A DNA stretch of 64,000 bases from Candidatus Iainarchaeum sp. (GCA_016699555.1 CP064981.1:761603-825602), one strand, 5' to 3'; counted from the stretch's first letter, positions 1-9,333 are shown. Program-made: numbers and translations. Notes: a model not told the origin generated them from the letters alone.

Positions 1-2
1 GA

Positions 3-185
3 TGCGCATTGATTTCACGCAGACTCTTGGAGAAAATCCCTTTCCGCTATGACGAAAAACAGCTCGCATGCGACGATGTGTATTTCTGTTTGGACGCGGA
101 AGCGCTCGGAGAAAAGATCTACCTTGATTCAAGTGTATGGTGCGCGCACCACTTCAATGACGCGTTCAGGAAGACGGAATACTAA
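3..185 (+). CDS. C-terminal fragment of a glycosyltransferase family 2-like protein (5' end lies outside window)
   Basis: Frame 3 reads ...LLEKIPFRYDEKQLACDDVYFCLDAEALGEKIYLDSSVWCAHHFNDAFRKTEY* ending at TAA 183-185; DDVyFClxA...G.kIyld..V.h.H pattern resembles GT2 C-terminal region; partial so weak. Confidence 0.35.
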   Translation, partial: CALISRRLLEKIPFRYDEKQLACDDVYFCLDAEALGEKIYLDSSVWCAHHFNDAFRKTEY

Positions 186-229
186 GTAGTAAGGGCCAGA
201 ACTATAAACCTTGAAACCATTGCAGTATC

Positions 230-880
230 ATGCCTCGTGTGAAGCAACGGCACCCGCCACATATACAGGAGTTACTTCGCCACATGCGGCAGCTGCCGCC
301 AGATAGACGAATTGGAATGCGCCCCAGTGCACAACTCCATGCGATACGAAAATTTGGACGCACATTCATGGATTCGTTCCCAGATAAAATTATTCGTAAT
401 ACGCATGGAACAGTACGTATCAATATTAATTTTAGCGCAAACGAATCAGGGATTGCCATCGCCACGATGGACGGCAGTGGAGATATGCGTAAACACTTAT
501 GTGGTCATGTCAGAATAGGATTTGAGCCCCAGACACTTATCGTCGAAGCCATTCAAGGACACTTTGGCAGGAAAAATAATATTGATCAAGTCAATGCGGT
601 ACTGGGAAAACCCTGGGCTAATTATGCGTTGGAACTCGCTGAACAGCATGCTCGCCAGTGCGGACTGCAACGCGTAAAGATTGCATCTCCACGAACGAAT
701 TACTGGTTCAACCACCCGCAAGTACTGAAAAAAGTAAAGGATTTCGAGTGGGAGTATGCTGAGGTGACAGATGCCAATGAGAAAGAAGCACTACAACGAC
801 AAATACTCGGATTCTATGCCATCATCGCCAAAAAGATGGGATACAAAAAACAAGGCGATTACTACGTCAAAGAATTGTAA
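230..880 (+). CDS. hypothetical protein (possible acyltransferase-like fold, unassigned)
   Basis: 216 aa ORF with protein-like composition; no motif I can name with confidence. Confidence 0.3.
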   Translation: MPRVKQRHPPHIQELLRHMRQLPPDRRIGMRPSAQLHAIRKFGRTFMDSFPDKIIRNTHGTVRININFSANESGIAIATMDGSGDMRKHLCGHVRIGFEPQTLIVEAIQGHFGRKNNIDQVNAVLGKPWANYALELAEQHARQCGLQRVKIASPRTNYWFNHPQVLKKVKDFEWEYAEVTDANEKEALQRQILGFYAIIAKKMGYKKQGDYYVKEL

Positions 881-889
881 CTGCCACTA

Positions 890-2533
890 CTATTCCAAAT
901 CCATTTCAAGGATCGTCACGGGCACTTGAATTCCTAACCGTTGCAATATCTCAGGATGCATCTCCCCCATGAAACCGCCGAGTTTTCCTACTTGCATTTT
1001 TGCGGTACGGCCCTCGATGAACCCGGGCAATTTTTCCGTTGAATATGTTGCTTGCACTCCAATCTGTCGCGCGATTGCTTCTGCAATGGCTTTCATTTCA
1101 GTGAACGAAGAGGTTGCGTGCGCTAATACCACGCAGAGCTTGCTGCGCGTACGCGTTCCGGTGTCCGTCTTGGCATCCACCACAATCACGTGACCCACTT
1201 CAAACAACTTGAACGGCAAGCGCTTGCTGCGGTTCGCGAGTAACGCGCGCATGGTTTCGGGATAGAGCATGTTGCGGCACATCGTGAGGCCCTGTTCTTT
1301 CACCATTCCTAATTTCACATGCTCTGATTCCTCGCGATTGAATGCGGCGAAGTGGTGCTCATGCGAAGTGAGGACCCACGTGATGACCTCTTGGAAACCC
1401 AATCCCACTAAACAACTCTTCACATCATCTTCGAATTGGGTCTGGGGAAGGATCCCTCCCACTGTGTAGACTTCTGGAGCGACGGGTTTGAGGTTGGCAT
1501 AATTATAGGCGCGCGCAATATCATCCACCAAATCCAATGGATGCAACACATCCGCCCGGAAGAGGGGGTGCTGCACGGTAATTTGTTTCGGGTTTACCTT
1601 CGTGACATTGTACATCATGCTCTCGAGTAATGGAACAATTTTATCGGCTTGTAAATTGGTTCCAAGCGTTTGATTGACCAGCTCCACTTCCAATACGTGC
1701 TCATGCATGTGCAATTCGGGCGTTGAAATGGTACGCTCGGGAAACTCCACGTGCACCTCATAGATTTCCCCACCCATATCGGAAAACAACAACGCAAGGA
1801 TGTCGCATATCGCGCTCTGCGTAGGCCAATAGTGCCCAGACACTTCCACGAATAGCTCGCGATCCTTCTCGGTTACTTTTCCGGCCGTATGGGAGTTGAT
1901 GATGGGCGGCATGGAGAGCACGTTGTTTTTTGCATCCATGAAGACAGGATAGATAGGCAAATCCTTGAGCAAGTGCGCATACTTCTTCCCTTTGGGGTGT
2001 TGTTCCAATATTTCTTTTCCGGTGAGAGTGGTTTGCATCTCCAGGGGCTGGAATTTGATCTCGTGGGGTTTCATTCCCTTGAAAGAGATAGGCCAATGAA
2101 TGACCGATAGGGGATAAATCCCAATCGAGGCCTTCTTGCGATCGCGCGCGAACGTAGCATGGAGCTTTTCTTGCACCCAAATGATTTCCTTCAATTTCTC
2201 CTCGTCCAAGCGCACGTTCTTCACCACGAATGCAGCGGTATATGGGCGCACGGGCTGGACGGATTTTTCGAGGATGACTTTGTAGTCGGATTTTTTCTTT
2301 TCAAGAGATGGAACGCCTTTCGTGTAGCCCAAAAAAGCATTCAATGCGCGCGCTAATCCAGGAGTGGAAACCAAATCGGCACGTTCCGCGGTGATGTCGA
2401 TTTTCGTTTCGGCGGGATTGGCGTCCTCTAATTCCAGGCCCATCTGATAGAGGGTTTCCTCGAGCTTCGTGATCGTCAGCGGCTTCTTCATGTAACCGTT
2501 GATGTTCTGCAATGACGTTTCGAGCATGACCAT
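890..2533 (-). CDS. pheT: phenylalanine--tRNA ligase beta subunit, archaeal type
   Basis: 547 aa (archaeal/eukaryal length), B3/B4 and B5 domain-like sequence, C-terminal class II catalytic-like fold; start ATG overlaps pheS stop (ATGA at 2533). Confidence 0.9.
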   Translation of the reverse strand: MVMLETSLQNINGYMKKPLTITKLEETLYQMGLELEDANPAETKIDITAERADLVSTPGLARALNAFLGYTKGVPSLEKKKSDYKVILEKSVQPVRPYTAAFVVKNVRLDEEKLKEIIWVQEKLHATFARDRKKASIGIYPLSVIHWPISFKGMKPHEIKFQPLEMQTTLTGKEILEQHPKGKKYAHLLKDLPIYPVFMDAKNNVLSMPPIINSHTAGKVTEKDRELFVEVSGHYWPTQSAICDILALLFSDMGGEIYEVHVEFPERTISTPELHMHEHVLEVELVNQTLGTNLQADKIVPLLESMMYNVTKVNPKQITVQHPLFRADVLHPLDLVDDIARAYNYANLKPVAPEVYTVGGILPQTQFEDDVKSCLVGLGFQEVITWVLTSHEHHFAAFNREESEHVKLGMVKEQGLTMCRNMLYPETMRALLANRSKRLPFKLFEVGHVIVVDAKTDTGTRTRSKLCVVLAHATSSFTEMKAIAEAIARQIGVQATYSTEKLPGFIEGRTAKMQVGKLGGFMGEMHPEILQRLGIQVPVTILEMDLE

Positions 2534-4095
2534 CAGACATCACGCCCCGAGAGTTTCTTTTCCAACACGGAAAGCTTCTCATTCCCTTCCCAGGTGTGCG
2601 TGGTTTCATTGTAGGTGCGGATGAAATCGAGATCGACTTCGGGACCCATCACTTCTTTGGTGGTTTTCTTGTCGTGCAAGAGCATGGCCAGTCGTTCAAC
2701 GCCCAATCCCCACGAGATCACGGGCACGTTGATCCCCAGCGGCTTCAGCGTCTCGGGACGGAAAACGCCCGAGTTGATGAGCTCGACCCATTTCTTGAGT
2801 TTGGGATTGTACGCATACGCTTCCATGCTGGGTTCCGTGTAGGGATTGTAGGTGGGTTTGAACTTGATTTCTTTCAACCCCAGTTTGGCATAGAATTCTT
2901 GCACGATCCCCATGAGGTGGCGCAAGCTCATCCCTTCCGCGAGGATGTAGCCATCCACTTGATGGAACTCCGCCAGGTGCGTCGCATCAATGGCTTCGTT
3001 CCGGAATACCCTTCCGATGGAAAAGCGTTTCACGGGCATCTTTTGGGGCAGCGACATGGTACGATACGTGGTGGCGCTTCCGTGCGTGCGCAAGAGCAAT
3101 TGCATCCCTACAGCGGGGTTCCATTCATACCCGTGTCCTTTCGACCCGCTTTTACCGCCATGCTCATGAGTTGCCTTGACGCGCTTCACGAGTTCGGCAT
3201 CTTCCAGCACCGCCTTCCCGGGGAGATAGAACGTGTCCTGGATTTCGCGCGCGGGATGATCTTGGGGAATGAACATGACGTCCATGTTCCAGAAAGCGCT
3301 TTCCACGAGGGGAGAGGACATCTCATAGAAGCCCATTTCCACCATGATGCGGCGGATATCGCGCATCGTATGGGTAAGTGGATGCAGCCTTCCGGGAAAC
3401 GTTTCCTCGACGGGAAGGTGCACATCATAGGGCTTGAATGCCGCATCTTTCCACTTCCCCGAAACGATCAATTCCGGCGTGAGTTGGGCGATTTTTGTTT
3501 GTGAAATGGGGATTGCGGTCTTGAGGATTTCCAATCCCTTGGGGGTGATCGTCATCAATTCTTCCGTGCGCGTTTTACTCTCGATCAATCCACGGGCTTT
3601 CAATTCGATGACCGTGGGAGCGTTTTGTTCCACCTCTTCTTCACGCGCAATGGCTTGCAGCACATGGAATGTGGGGGAGTTGGTTGCGGCTTTCTTTCCA
3701 AGCGGAGTGATCTCCAATAGTGTCTTGTCCTCTTTTTTTTGGATGGAAACCCAATTGGACTTCTTCGCGAGACCGAATGCAACCGAAAATGTTTGGGGAT
3801 TGGAAAAATGGGATTGGATTTTTTGGAGTTCCAAGGGTTGCGCGTGCAATAGCTCTAACAATTTCATCTCCGGCAAACCCTTCTCCTGAATGGCTTGTTG
3901 GCCTGTTTTTGTGAGAATGAATGAATCGTTTTTCTCGCGCTGCACGGACACCCATGCATGCTGTTCGAGTTCGGTCAACGAACGACGCACGGCATCGGGA
4001 GAAAGCTTAGCCTTTTGGGCAACGGCCTCTAGCGCGTGCGGTTTTTGGTCGTGCAAGACCTGCAATATCCCATAAAGCGCGGCATCGAGCTGCAT
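2533..4095 (-). CDS. pheS: phenylalanine--tRNA ligase alpha subunit, archaeal type
   Basis: Class II aaRS motifs (…FRPE…GLGVERLAMLL…), N-terminal winged-helix extension typical of archaeal PheS; start chosen at MQLDAALYG (4095) rather than upstream in-frame Met at 4143. Confidence 0.9.
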   Translation of the reverse strand: MQLDAALYGILQVLHDQKPHALEAVAQKAKLSPDAVRRSLTELEQHAWVSVQREKNDSFILTKTGQQAIQEKGLPEMKLLELLHAQPLELQKIQSHFSNPQTFSVAFGLAKKSNWVSIQKKEDKTLLEITPLGKKAATNSPTFHVLQAIAREEEVEQNAPTVIELKARGLIESKTRTEELMTITPKGLEILKTAIPISQTKIAQLTPELIVSGKWKDAAFKPYDVHLPVEETFPGRLHPLTHTMRDIRRIMVEMGFYEMSSPLVESAFWNMDVMFIPQDHPAREIQDTFYLPGKAVLEDAELVKRVKATHEHGGKSGSKGHGYEWNPAVGMQLLLRTHGSATTYRTMSLPQKMPVKRFSIGRVFRNEAIDATHLAEFHQVDGYILAEGMSLRHLMGIVQEFYAKLGLKEIKFKPTYNPYTEPSMEAYAYNPKLKKWVELINSGVFRPETLKPLGINVPVISWGLGVERLAMLLHDKKTTKEVMGPEVDLDFIRTYNETTHTWEGNEKLSVLEKKLSGRDV

Positions 4096-4171
4096 ACGAC
4101 AGAACAGGAGATAAAAGACTTTAAACGACCCCCTGCAAGGCATTTTTAAGCCAGGAAAGAGGGATTAGAGC

Positions 4172-4573
4172 ATGGTGAATGGGTTTGTAGTAGTGGGACT
4201 TATTGGCACCCTATTATGCCTATCCGGCTGCATCGGCCTGCCGCCCGAAAGCGGGTATGATATCGAAAATCAGGCCCTACCCCATGTCGATTCCGCGCTC
4301 GCTTGCCAACAGGACTCGGATTGCGTGTATGCCATTAATGCTTTCGATGCCCCGCGCTGCGCCTCGCCCAATTGCCCGCCTGAAGAGCAGACGCAACCCC
4401 AGCCCTATGCGGAGGGATATGAGTGGGAGAATGGTTTCCGCGAGGGATGCATTAATCCCGCTGCGACGCAAGGAAAAGACGCCCAAGGGGAGGAATTCCA
4501 AATCAATCCCCGCGCCAGTTGCGCATGCGTATCCGTTGAAAATTCCAATCAGAAAATGTGCCAGACGAACTAG
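4172..4573 (+). CDS. small secreted Cys-rich lipoprotein, hypothetical
   Basis: N-terminal signal peptide with lipobox-like LSGC, 10 Cys in mature part; overlapping frame 4203-4604 is Arg/Pro-rich shadow. Confidence 0.45.
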   Translation: MVNGFVVVGLIGTLLCLSGCIGLPPESGYDIENQALPHVDSALACQQDSDCVYAINAFDAPRCASPNCPPEEQTQPQPYAEGYEWENGFREGCINPAATQGKDAQGEEFQINPRASCACVSVENSNQKMCQTN

Positions 4574-4648
4574 TTGTCGGCCGCAACATCCAGTTGAGTG
4601 GTAAAGAATTCTGCCTTCGGGTTGAATGACTGCCTTGAAATAAATGCG

Positions 4649-5455
4649 TTAACTGGCTGCGCGCACAAGCTTTGGAATCTGGGCCCCAAAAAAGAGCAAG
4701 AACAACAACATCACAATCGTCCCGCTGGGGGGGATGTTCAGATAGTAGGAAGCGATGATCCCGATCAGCGTAGCGAGGATACTTGCGATCGTACTCATCA
4801 CGAGCGTCCCCTTGAATGACTTGGATAATTGCAACGCAATCAGTGTAGGTATAACTAACATCGCCGAAACCAATAGGATTCCCACGGCACGAATGCTGAT
4901 GACGACCGTCAGCGCTACCAGCAGGATAAACACGGTGTTGATGAAAATCGTTTTCTTGCTACGCAATTCAGCCAACTCTTGGTTGAAACTGCTGAAGACC
5001 AGTTGTTTGTATCCCCAGACCAAGAAGAGGACGATAAGCACGAGCATGGCGACGGCCAGTGCAATATCCAAATAGCTCAGGGACAACAGGCTGCCGATCA
5101 GATAACTGAACAGATTCACATTGAACCCGCGCGCCAATCCAATTACAATAATCCCCAATCCAACCCCGAATGAAAGAATCAAGGAAATGGCCGCATCGCC
5201 GTACAAATTCTTCTTGACCAGCTTCTGCACGACGAATCCGCCTACTACTGCGGAAATAAGCGCTGCGATGATGGGTTCGATCCCCAGCAACAAACCCAGG
5301 GCGATTCCCCCAAAGGAAAAATGGGCGATCCCATCCCCCAATAACGAAAGGCGGCGCAACACGATGAACGGGCTCATGAGCCCGCATGTGAATGCGATGA
5401 GGAAGCCTCCAAGCAAGGCTTTTTGCATAAACCCATAGGATAACAATTCAAGCAT
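4649..5455 (-). CDS. znuB: metal ABC transporter permease (ABC-3 / ZnuB-MntB family)
   Basis: 268 aa, ~8 TM helices, ABC-3 family signature region; last gene of znuACB-like operon. Confidence 0.8.
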   Translation of the reverse strand: MLELLSYGFMQKALLGGFLIAFTCGLMSPFIVLRRLSLLGDGIAHFSFGGIALGLLLGIEPIIAALISAVVGGFVVQKLVKKNLYGDAAISLILSFGVGLGIIVIGLARGFNVNLFSYLIGSLLSLSYLDIALAVAMLVLIVLFLVWGYKQLVFSSFNQELAELRSKKTIFINTVFILLVALTVVISIRAVGILLVSAMLVIPTLIALQLSKSFKGTLVMSTIASILATLIGIIASYYLNIPPSGTIVMLLFLLFFGAQIPKLVRAAS

Positions 5456-5464
5456 GTCGTTTCC

Positions 5465-6163
5465 TCATTCGTGATGGTGGTGCATGACCGCCAACTGTCC
5501 ATAGGTCTTTTTCACCAATTCAGGCGTTTCGCTGGCAGGGCCATAGCAGCACACCTGATGGTTGATGCATAATACCGATTTGCAATACGATGGAATCATC
5601 CCCACGTCGTGCGTGATCAGCATAATCGTAACATTTTCTTTATCATTCAATTGCTTCAGCAATGCATAAAACTCGCGCTGGGTCTTCAGATCGATACCTA
5701 CACTCGGCTCGTCCAAAATCAGGATTTTAGGATTGGCCTGCAAGGCTAATGCAATCACGACGCGCTGCTGTTGTCCGCCCGATAATTCCGTAAAGCGCTT
5801 GTCGTGAAAGGATTCAATGCCCAAGCGTTCATGCAAACGATGATCCAACGGCCCGTTCAAGGCCAAAATTTCATCCACGGTCGCGGGAAATAATTTGTCA
5901 ATCGTAATTTTTTGAGGCACATATCCAATCCATTTGGAGACCTGTTCGTGCGAAATAGGATTTCCGAACAATTGGATACTCCCCTTCTGAGGGGGCAACA
6001 TGCCCAATAGCAACTTCGCCAATGTGGTTTTTCCCGAACCATTGGGTCCGATGACCGCGACGAAATCCCCTTCCTTGATGGAGAAGGAAATATCGCCCAG
6101 GACGGGAAAACCATTATAGGCAAAACTCAAATCCTTGACTTTAATCGCTGCCATCACGAACAC
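5465..6163 (-). CDS. znuC: metal ABC transporter ATP-binding protein (ZnuC-like)
   Basis: Walker A GPNGSGKTT, signature LSGGQQQRV, Walker B ILILDEP, His-rich C-terminus HHHHE. Confidence 0.85.
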   Translation of the reverse strand: MFVMAAIKVKDLSFAYNGFPVLGDISFSIKEGDFVAVIGPNGSGKTTLAKLLLGMLPPQKGSIQLFGNPISHEQVSKWIGYVPQKITIDKLFPATVDEILALNGPLDHRLHERLGIESFHDKRFTELSGGQQQRVVIALALQANPKILILDEPSVGIDLKTQREFYALLKQLNDKENVTIMLITHDVGMIPSYCKSVLCINHQVCCYGPASETPELVKKTYGQLAVMHHHHE

Positions 6164-7107
6164 TCTAAGGCCAGCTTTAAATGATTGAGGTTCTCTCGCA
6201 TAATAGAGAAATAATCCTCGTCGGGATTACTACTTCCTTCCGCGGGATTCAATTCCAATGTTTGAGCCCCCACTTCCTGTGCAATCGCATTGGAAACGCG
6301 GGGATCGACTAATTCTTCATAAAAAATATACTTCAAATCATGCTCTTTAGCCGCATCGACCAATTCTCTAATTTGATCCGGAGTGGGTTCGGATTCGGGT
6401 TCTAATCCAGAAATATGAATGGTCTGGAATCCATAATCATTTGCCAGATAGGAAAAGGCATTATGGCTGACTAGGACAATATCTTTATTGCATTGCGAAA
6501 GACCCTGTGCGTATTCTTGATCTAATTGCATTAAATTGGCAATTAATTGCTGGGTGTTTTGTTCGTACAACGTTGCATTATCGGGAAATGCATTCATTAA
6601 TCCCGCACTAATGTTTTGAGCCATTACTTGCATATTTTTTGGAGAAAGCCAAATATGGGGGTCTTTTCCCGTGTGCTCTTCCTCATGCTCTTCTTCATGC
6701 GCATGCTCTTCCATGTGTTCTTCCTCATGCTCATGCTCGTGCTCTTCATCGCCGTCCAACAAAACAATTCCTTTTTCCGCGTGAATTACCGTAATAGGGG
6801 CAGAACGGCTTTCGATGAATTCTCCTTCAAGGTGTTCAAATTCTAATCCCATTGTAATGAATGCGCGCGCATTTTGAAATGAAACAAATTCTTGGGGAGA
6901 AGGCTCATAATCATGGGGCTCAATCCCGGAAGGAACAATCGAGAATACCTCGGCCGTATCTCCAACAATCTTTTTGGTCAGATCCTGTAGTGGAAAAAAT
7001 GTGGTTGCAATTGCCATTGAATGGTTTTGCCCAGTGGGTTGAGGATTTGAAATACATCCCATCGCCACGATTACTGCTATTAATCCAATTGCAACAAACC
7101 ACTTCAT
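6154..7107 (-). CDS. znuA: metal ABC transporter substrate-binding lipoprotein with His/Glu-rich loop (ZnuA-like)
   Basis: Start set at MKWFVAIGLIAVIVAMGC (signal peptide + lipobox); cluster-9 SBP fold; loop DGDEEHEHEHEEEHMEEHAHEEEHEEEH typical of Zn-specific ZnuA; longer in-frame start at 7233 possible. Confidence 0.8.
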   Translation of the reverse strand: MKWFVAIGLIAVIVAMGCISNPQPTGQNHSMAIATTFFPLQDLTKKIVGDTAEVFSIVPSGIEPHDYEPSPQEFVSFQNARAFITMGLEFEHLEGEFIESRSAPITVIHAEKGIVLLDGDEEHEHEHEEEHMEEHAHEEEHEEEHTGKDPHIWLSPKNMQVMAQNISAGLMNAFPDNATLYEQNTQQLIANLMQLDQEYAQGLSQCNKDIVLVSHNAFSYLANDYGFQTIHISGLEPESEPTPDQIRELVDAAKEHDLKYIFYEELVDPRVSNAIAQEVGAQTLELNPAEGSSNPDEDYFSIMRENLNHLKLALECS

Positions 7108-7233
7108 TTTGTTCAACCCCGCTTGCATTTTAAAAAAAATCTGGGATTTTTCGCACAAGGAGTTGGAGAACTGCTTATGGGAGCCCACCCAGACAGGTAA
7201 AGAATAGAAAGGCATTATCAATTTATAAGGCAA

Positions 7234-7286
7234 ATGTTAATAACTATGTATCGCTTTAGATCCTAAAATTAATAAGAGGTAAAAAA
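7234..7286. promoter_or_regulatory. divergent promoter/operator region between znuA-like operon and nikR
   Basis: 53 nt AT-rich spacer with TTAATAA...TTAATAA direct repeat and TATA-like runs; position only. Confidence 0.3.
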
Positions 7287-7673
7287 ATGACCGAAATCAT
7301 TAGCATGTCGCTGGATGAGAAGACACTCCAAAATCTGGATAGTTTGCAGAAAGAACTGGGTTCCACCGGCAGAAGCGAAACCATCCGCCAGTGCATCCGC
7401 ATGTTCGCCAATGAAAAAAAACAATTCCAAAAGATGAGCGGTGAAGTGAATGGAGTGGTATTGGTCGTGCACCCTGATGACCACTCCGAGACCATCACGG
7501 ATATCCGCCACCACTACCAAGCGATCATCAAGACCCAACTCCATAACCATCTCGAGAACCACGTGTGTCTGGAACTGTTCATGGTCAAGGGACTCGGAGA
7601 TACCGTCAAGAAATTCGTCTCATCCTTGCAGGCAAGCCGAAAAACAGACCTCGTGAAACTCATTATCGTGTAA
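7287..7673 (+). CDS. nikR: NikR family nickel-responsive transcriptional regulator
   Basis: N-terminal ribbon-helix-helix (ISMSLDEKTLQNLDSL...GRSETIRQCIR) aligns with E. coli NikR; C-terminal domain keeps Ni ligands (HHY...HNHLENHVC). Confidence 0.85.
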   Translation: MTEIISMSLDEKTLQNLDSLQKELGSTGRSETIRQCIRMFANEKKQFQKMSGEVNGVVLVVHPDDHSETITDIRHHYQAIIKTQLHNHLENHVCLELFMVKGLGDTVKKFVSSLQASRKTDLVKLIIV

Positions 7674-7706
7674 GGCTTAGCCGAAATAGCAAGCCTTTTT
7701 ACGCCT

Positions 7707-7732
7707 GGCCTGTTTCGGCAGGCCGCCTCGAA
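7707..7732 (-). repeat. conserved hairpin element GGCCTGCCGAAACAGGCC with CGAGGC flank, copy C (reverse orientation)
   Basis: Near-identical to copies at 9392-9420 and 32805-32834; lies directly after nikR stop; followed by second hairpin CAGGTGC...GCACCTG. Confidence 0.7.
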
Positions 7733-7881
7733 ATCCAGGTGCCAATTTGATTAGCACCTGTCTGCTCATGACTACCTTTATATGTGCTTAGTAGCCATTT
7801 TTCATAGTCAATATTGGCCTACTGGACCATTGCAAGATGGTTCTAACGTAGTCCTTCGTATGATCGGGACGAAATCCGATT

Positions 7882-7965
7882 GCGGGGTTGGCAGAGTGGT
7901 CTATAGCGGCAGCCTGCTAAGCTGTTCTGGGAAACCAGGCGAGGGTTCGAATCCCTCACCCCGCG
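7882..7965 (+). tRNA. tRNA-Ser (anticodon GCU), class II with long variable arm
   Basis: Perfect 7-bp acceptor stem GCGGGGT/ACCCCGC, anticodon stem GCAGC/GCUGU, loop CUGCUAA (U33, GCU, A37), variable arm UUCUGGGAAACCAGGC, T-arm GAGGG-UUCGAAU-CCCUC, discriminator G; D-stem has one A-A mismatch; no encoded CCA. Confidence 0.75.
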
Positions 7966-7992
7966 TCCAATTTCGATTGGACCAACCGAGAA

Positions 7993-8049
7993 CAGGTATT
8001 GCAATGCAATACCTGATGGCTCCTTTCGCGCACCTTTTTCAAAGGCGCG
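7993..8049. terminator. two tandem hairpins between convergent tRNA-Ser and SET gene (CAGGTATTGC-AAT-GCAATACCTG and GCGCACCTTT-TTC-AAAGGCGCG)
   Basis: Perfect 10-bp stem with TATTGC/GCAATA core shared with hairpins at 32781, 36677; second hairpin followed by T-rich run. Confidence 0.5.
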
Positions 8050-8108
8050 TTTGTATCCCTCGCCCCGCGATTACTATTTCTTTTCAAACCAGCAAGCGAG
8101 CTTCGGGC

Positions 8109-8624
8109 TTACGAAAACATCTTGTCTTCCAATTTTTGTAGAATGTAGTCTTGGAGCGCTCCTGCTTTGTAATATTGCTTTTTGAGTTTGGGTTCCAACG
8201 AAGGAAACTGCCCTATGGTGCCACGACATTTTTTCGACCCGCAATTGCATTCCATTGCCCATTCTCGATAGCGCCCAAATTTCTCATGGGTCCACTCAGT
8301 CGTTGAATAATCAAATGTGAGTTCTTCGCCTTTCTTTACATCCCTGAGCGCAAATAGCTCATTCTCCTTTCTTATTCCACAATTGGGAGCACATGAATGA
8401 TTGATGAACACATAAGGTGCTGCAAGATCGATATATTTTTTGTCACCAATCTGCAAGGGATTGGATATCTTTTCTTTTCCGGATGCATATCTTCTCTTGA
8501 GCTCGTTCACCCCAATTCTTTCGCCGCGCATCAAACAAAGAGCTTCGCCCTTTTTTATGTTCTTGGAAGCAACAACCCCAGTTCCTTGAATGGCTGATTC
8601 AATTACTTGGATGTGATTAAACAT
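8109..8624 (-). CDS. SET domain protein-lysine methyltransferase
   Basis: 171 aa; SET signature ...NHSCAPNC... and ELTFDY, post-SET Cys cluster CNCGSKKCRG. Confidence 0.8.
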   Translation of the reverse strand: MFNHIQVIESAIQGTGVVASKNIKKGEALCLMRGERIGVNELKRRYASGKEKISNPLQIGDKKYIDLAAPYVFINHSCAPNCGIRKENELFALRDVKKGEELTFDYSTTEWTHEKFGRYREWAMECNCGSKKCRGTIGQFPSLEPKLKKQYYKAGALQDYILQKLEDKMFS

Positions 8625-8693
8625 AGGGAATAGACCAACGCCAAGGAATTTATATCTTGCCTAAAACCATTTCTTTGCAATACAATATCTGCG

Positions 8694-9131
8694 CTATTTG
8701 CAATACTCATCAAACGCAGCAGTGAGCTTCTGCGCCAATGCAGCAGGATCTCTTCCCTCAATATCGGAGCGCTGCAACGCAAAAACACATTTCCCGTCTT
8801 TCAGCAAAAAGATGGAAGGAGACGAAGGGGGAAATTCGGGAATGGCGGCTCGCGCGCGATGTGTGGCTTCTCGATCTACACCGGCGAAGACCGTAACGGC
8901 GTGCATGGGTAAGGGTTTGTGCTGCATCGCGAGCTTGACAGCGGGACGCGCGCAACCCGCACCGCAGCCGCAGACGGAATTGACCACGAGCAACATCGTG
9001 CCTTTTTGCGCTAGCGCTTGCTCGACTTCGGGAATGGTATTGAGAGGTTTGACGCCGATGGATTGGAGCTCCGCTTGCATGGGAGCGGTATATGCGGGAT
9101 CGTACATAGGGTGAAAGTGCATATGTATCAA
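8694..9131 (-). CDS. bacilliredoxin-like thiol-disulfide oxidoreductase (DUF1094/YphP-YqiW family, CGC motif)
   Basis: 145 aa; ...LLVVNSVCGCGAGCARPAV...VTVFAGVD.EAT.RAR....PSSPSI.LLKDGK... aligns closely with Bacillus BrxA/BrxB. Confidence 0.7.
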   Translation of the reverse strand: MIHMHFHPMYDPAYTAPMQAELQSIGVKPLNTIPEVEQALAQKGTMLLVVNSVCGCGAGCARPAVKLAMQHKPLPMHAVTVFAGVDREATHRARAAIPEFPPSSPSIFLLKDGKCVFALQRSDIEGRDPAALAQKLTAAFDEYCK

Positions 9132-9171
9132 TTGAGTTGATCATTTATTAGGGGAATGCTAAAACGCAGCG

Positions 9172-9333
9172 TTATTCATCCAATAAGGACGGGCACACGC
9201 GCAACACGATCTTGCGCTGCTCTTCTTCTTTCATGGTGGACCAGCGCGCAATCTCATCGGTGGTGCGCCCGCAGCCCGTGCAGATCGTACCATCGAGGAT
9301 GCAGATGTTATTGCAAGGAGAAGGGACGGACAT
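9172..9333 (-). CDS. small Cys-rich protein, DUF1289-like (not in >=60 aa ORF track)
   Basis: 53 aa: MSVPSPCNNICILDGTICTGCGRTTDEIARWSTMKEEEQRKIVLRVCPSLLDE; SPC-x3-C...C-x2-CGRT..EI..W pattern of DUF1289. Confidence 0.5.
   Translation of the reverse strand: MSVPSPCNNICILDGTICTGCGRTTDEIARWSTMKEEEQRKIVLRVCPSLLDE

Noticed and set aside
4203-4604. 133-aa ORF overlapping the secreted Cys-rich gene in another frame
   Set aside because: Arg/Pro/Ala-rich composition typical of an off-frame shadow in GC-rich codons; the 4172 frame has a signal peptide and lipobox.
7782-8141. 119-aa ORF spanning the tRNA-Ser
   Set aside because: Overlaps a structurally convincing tRNA and two hairpins; composition is not protein-like.
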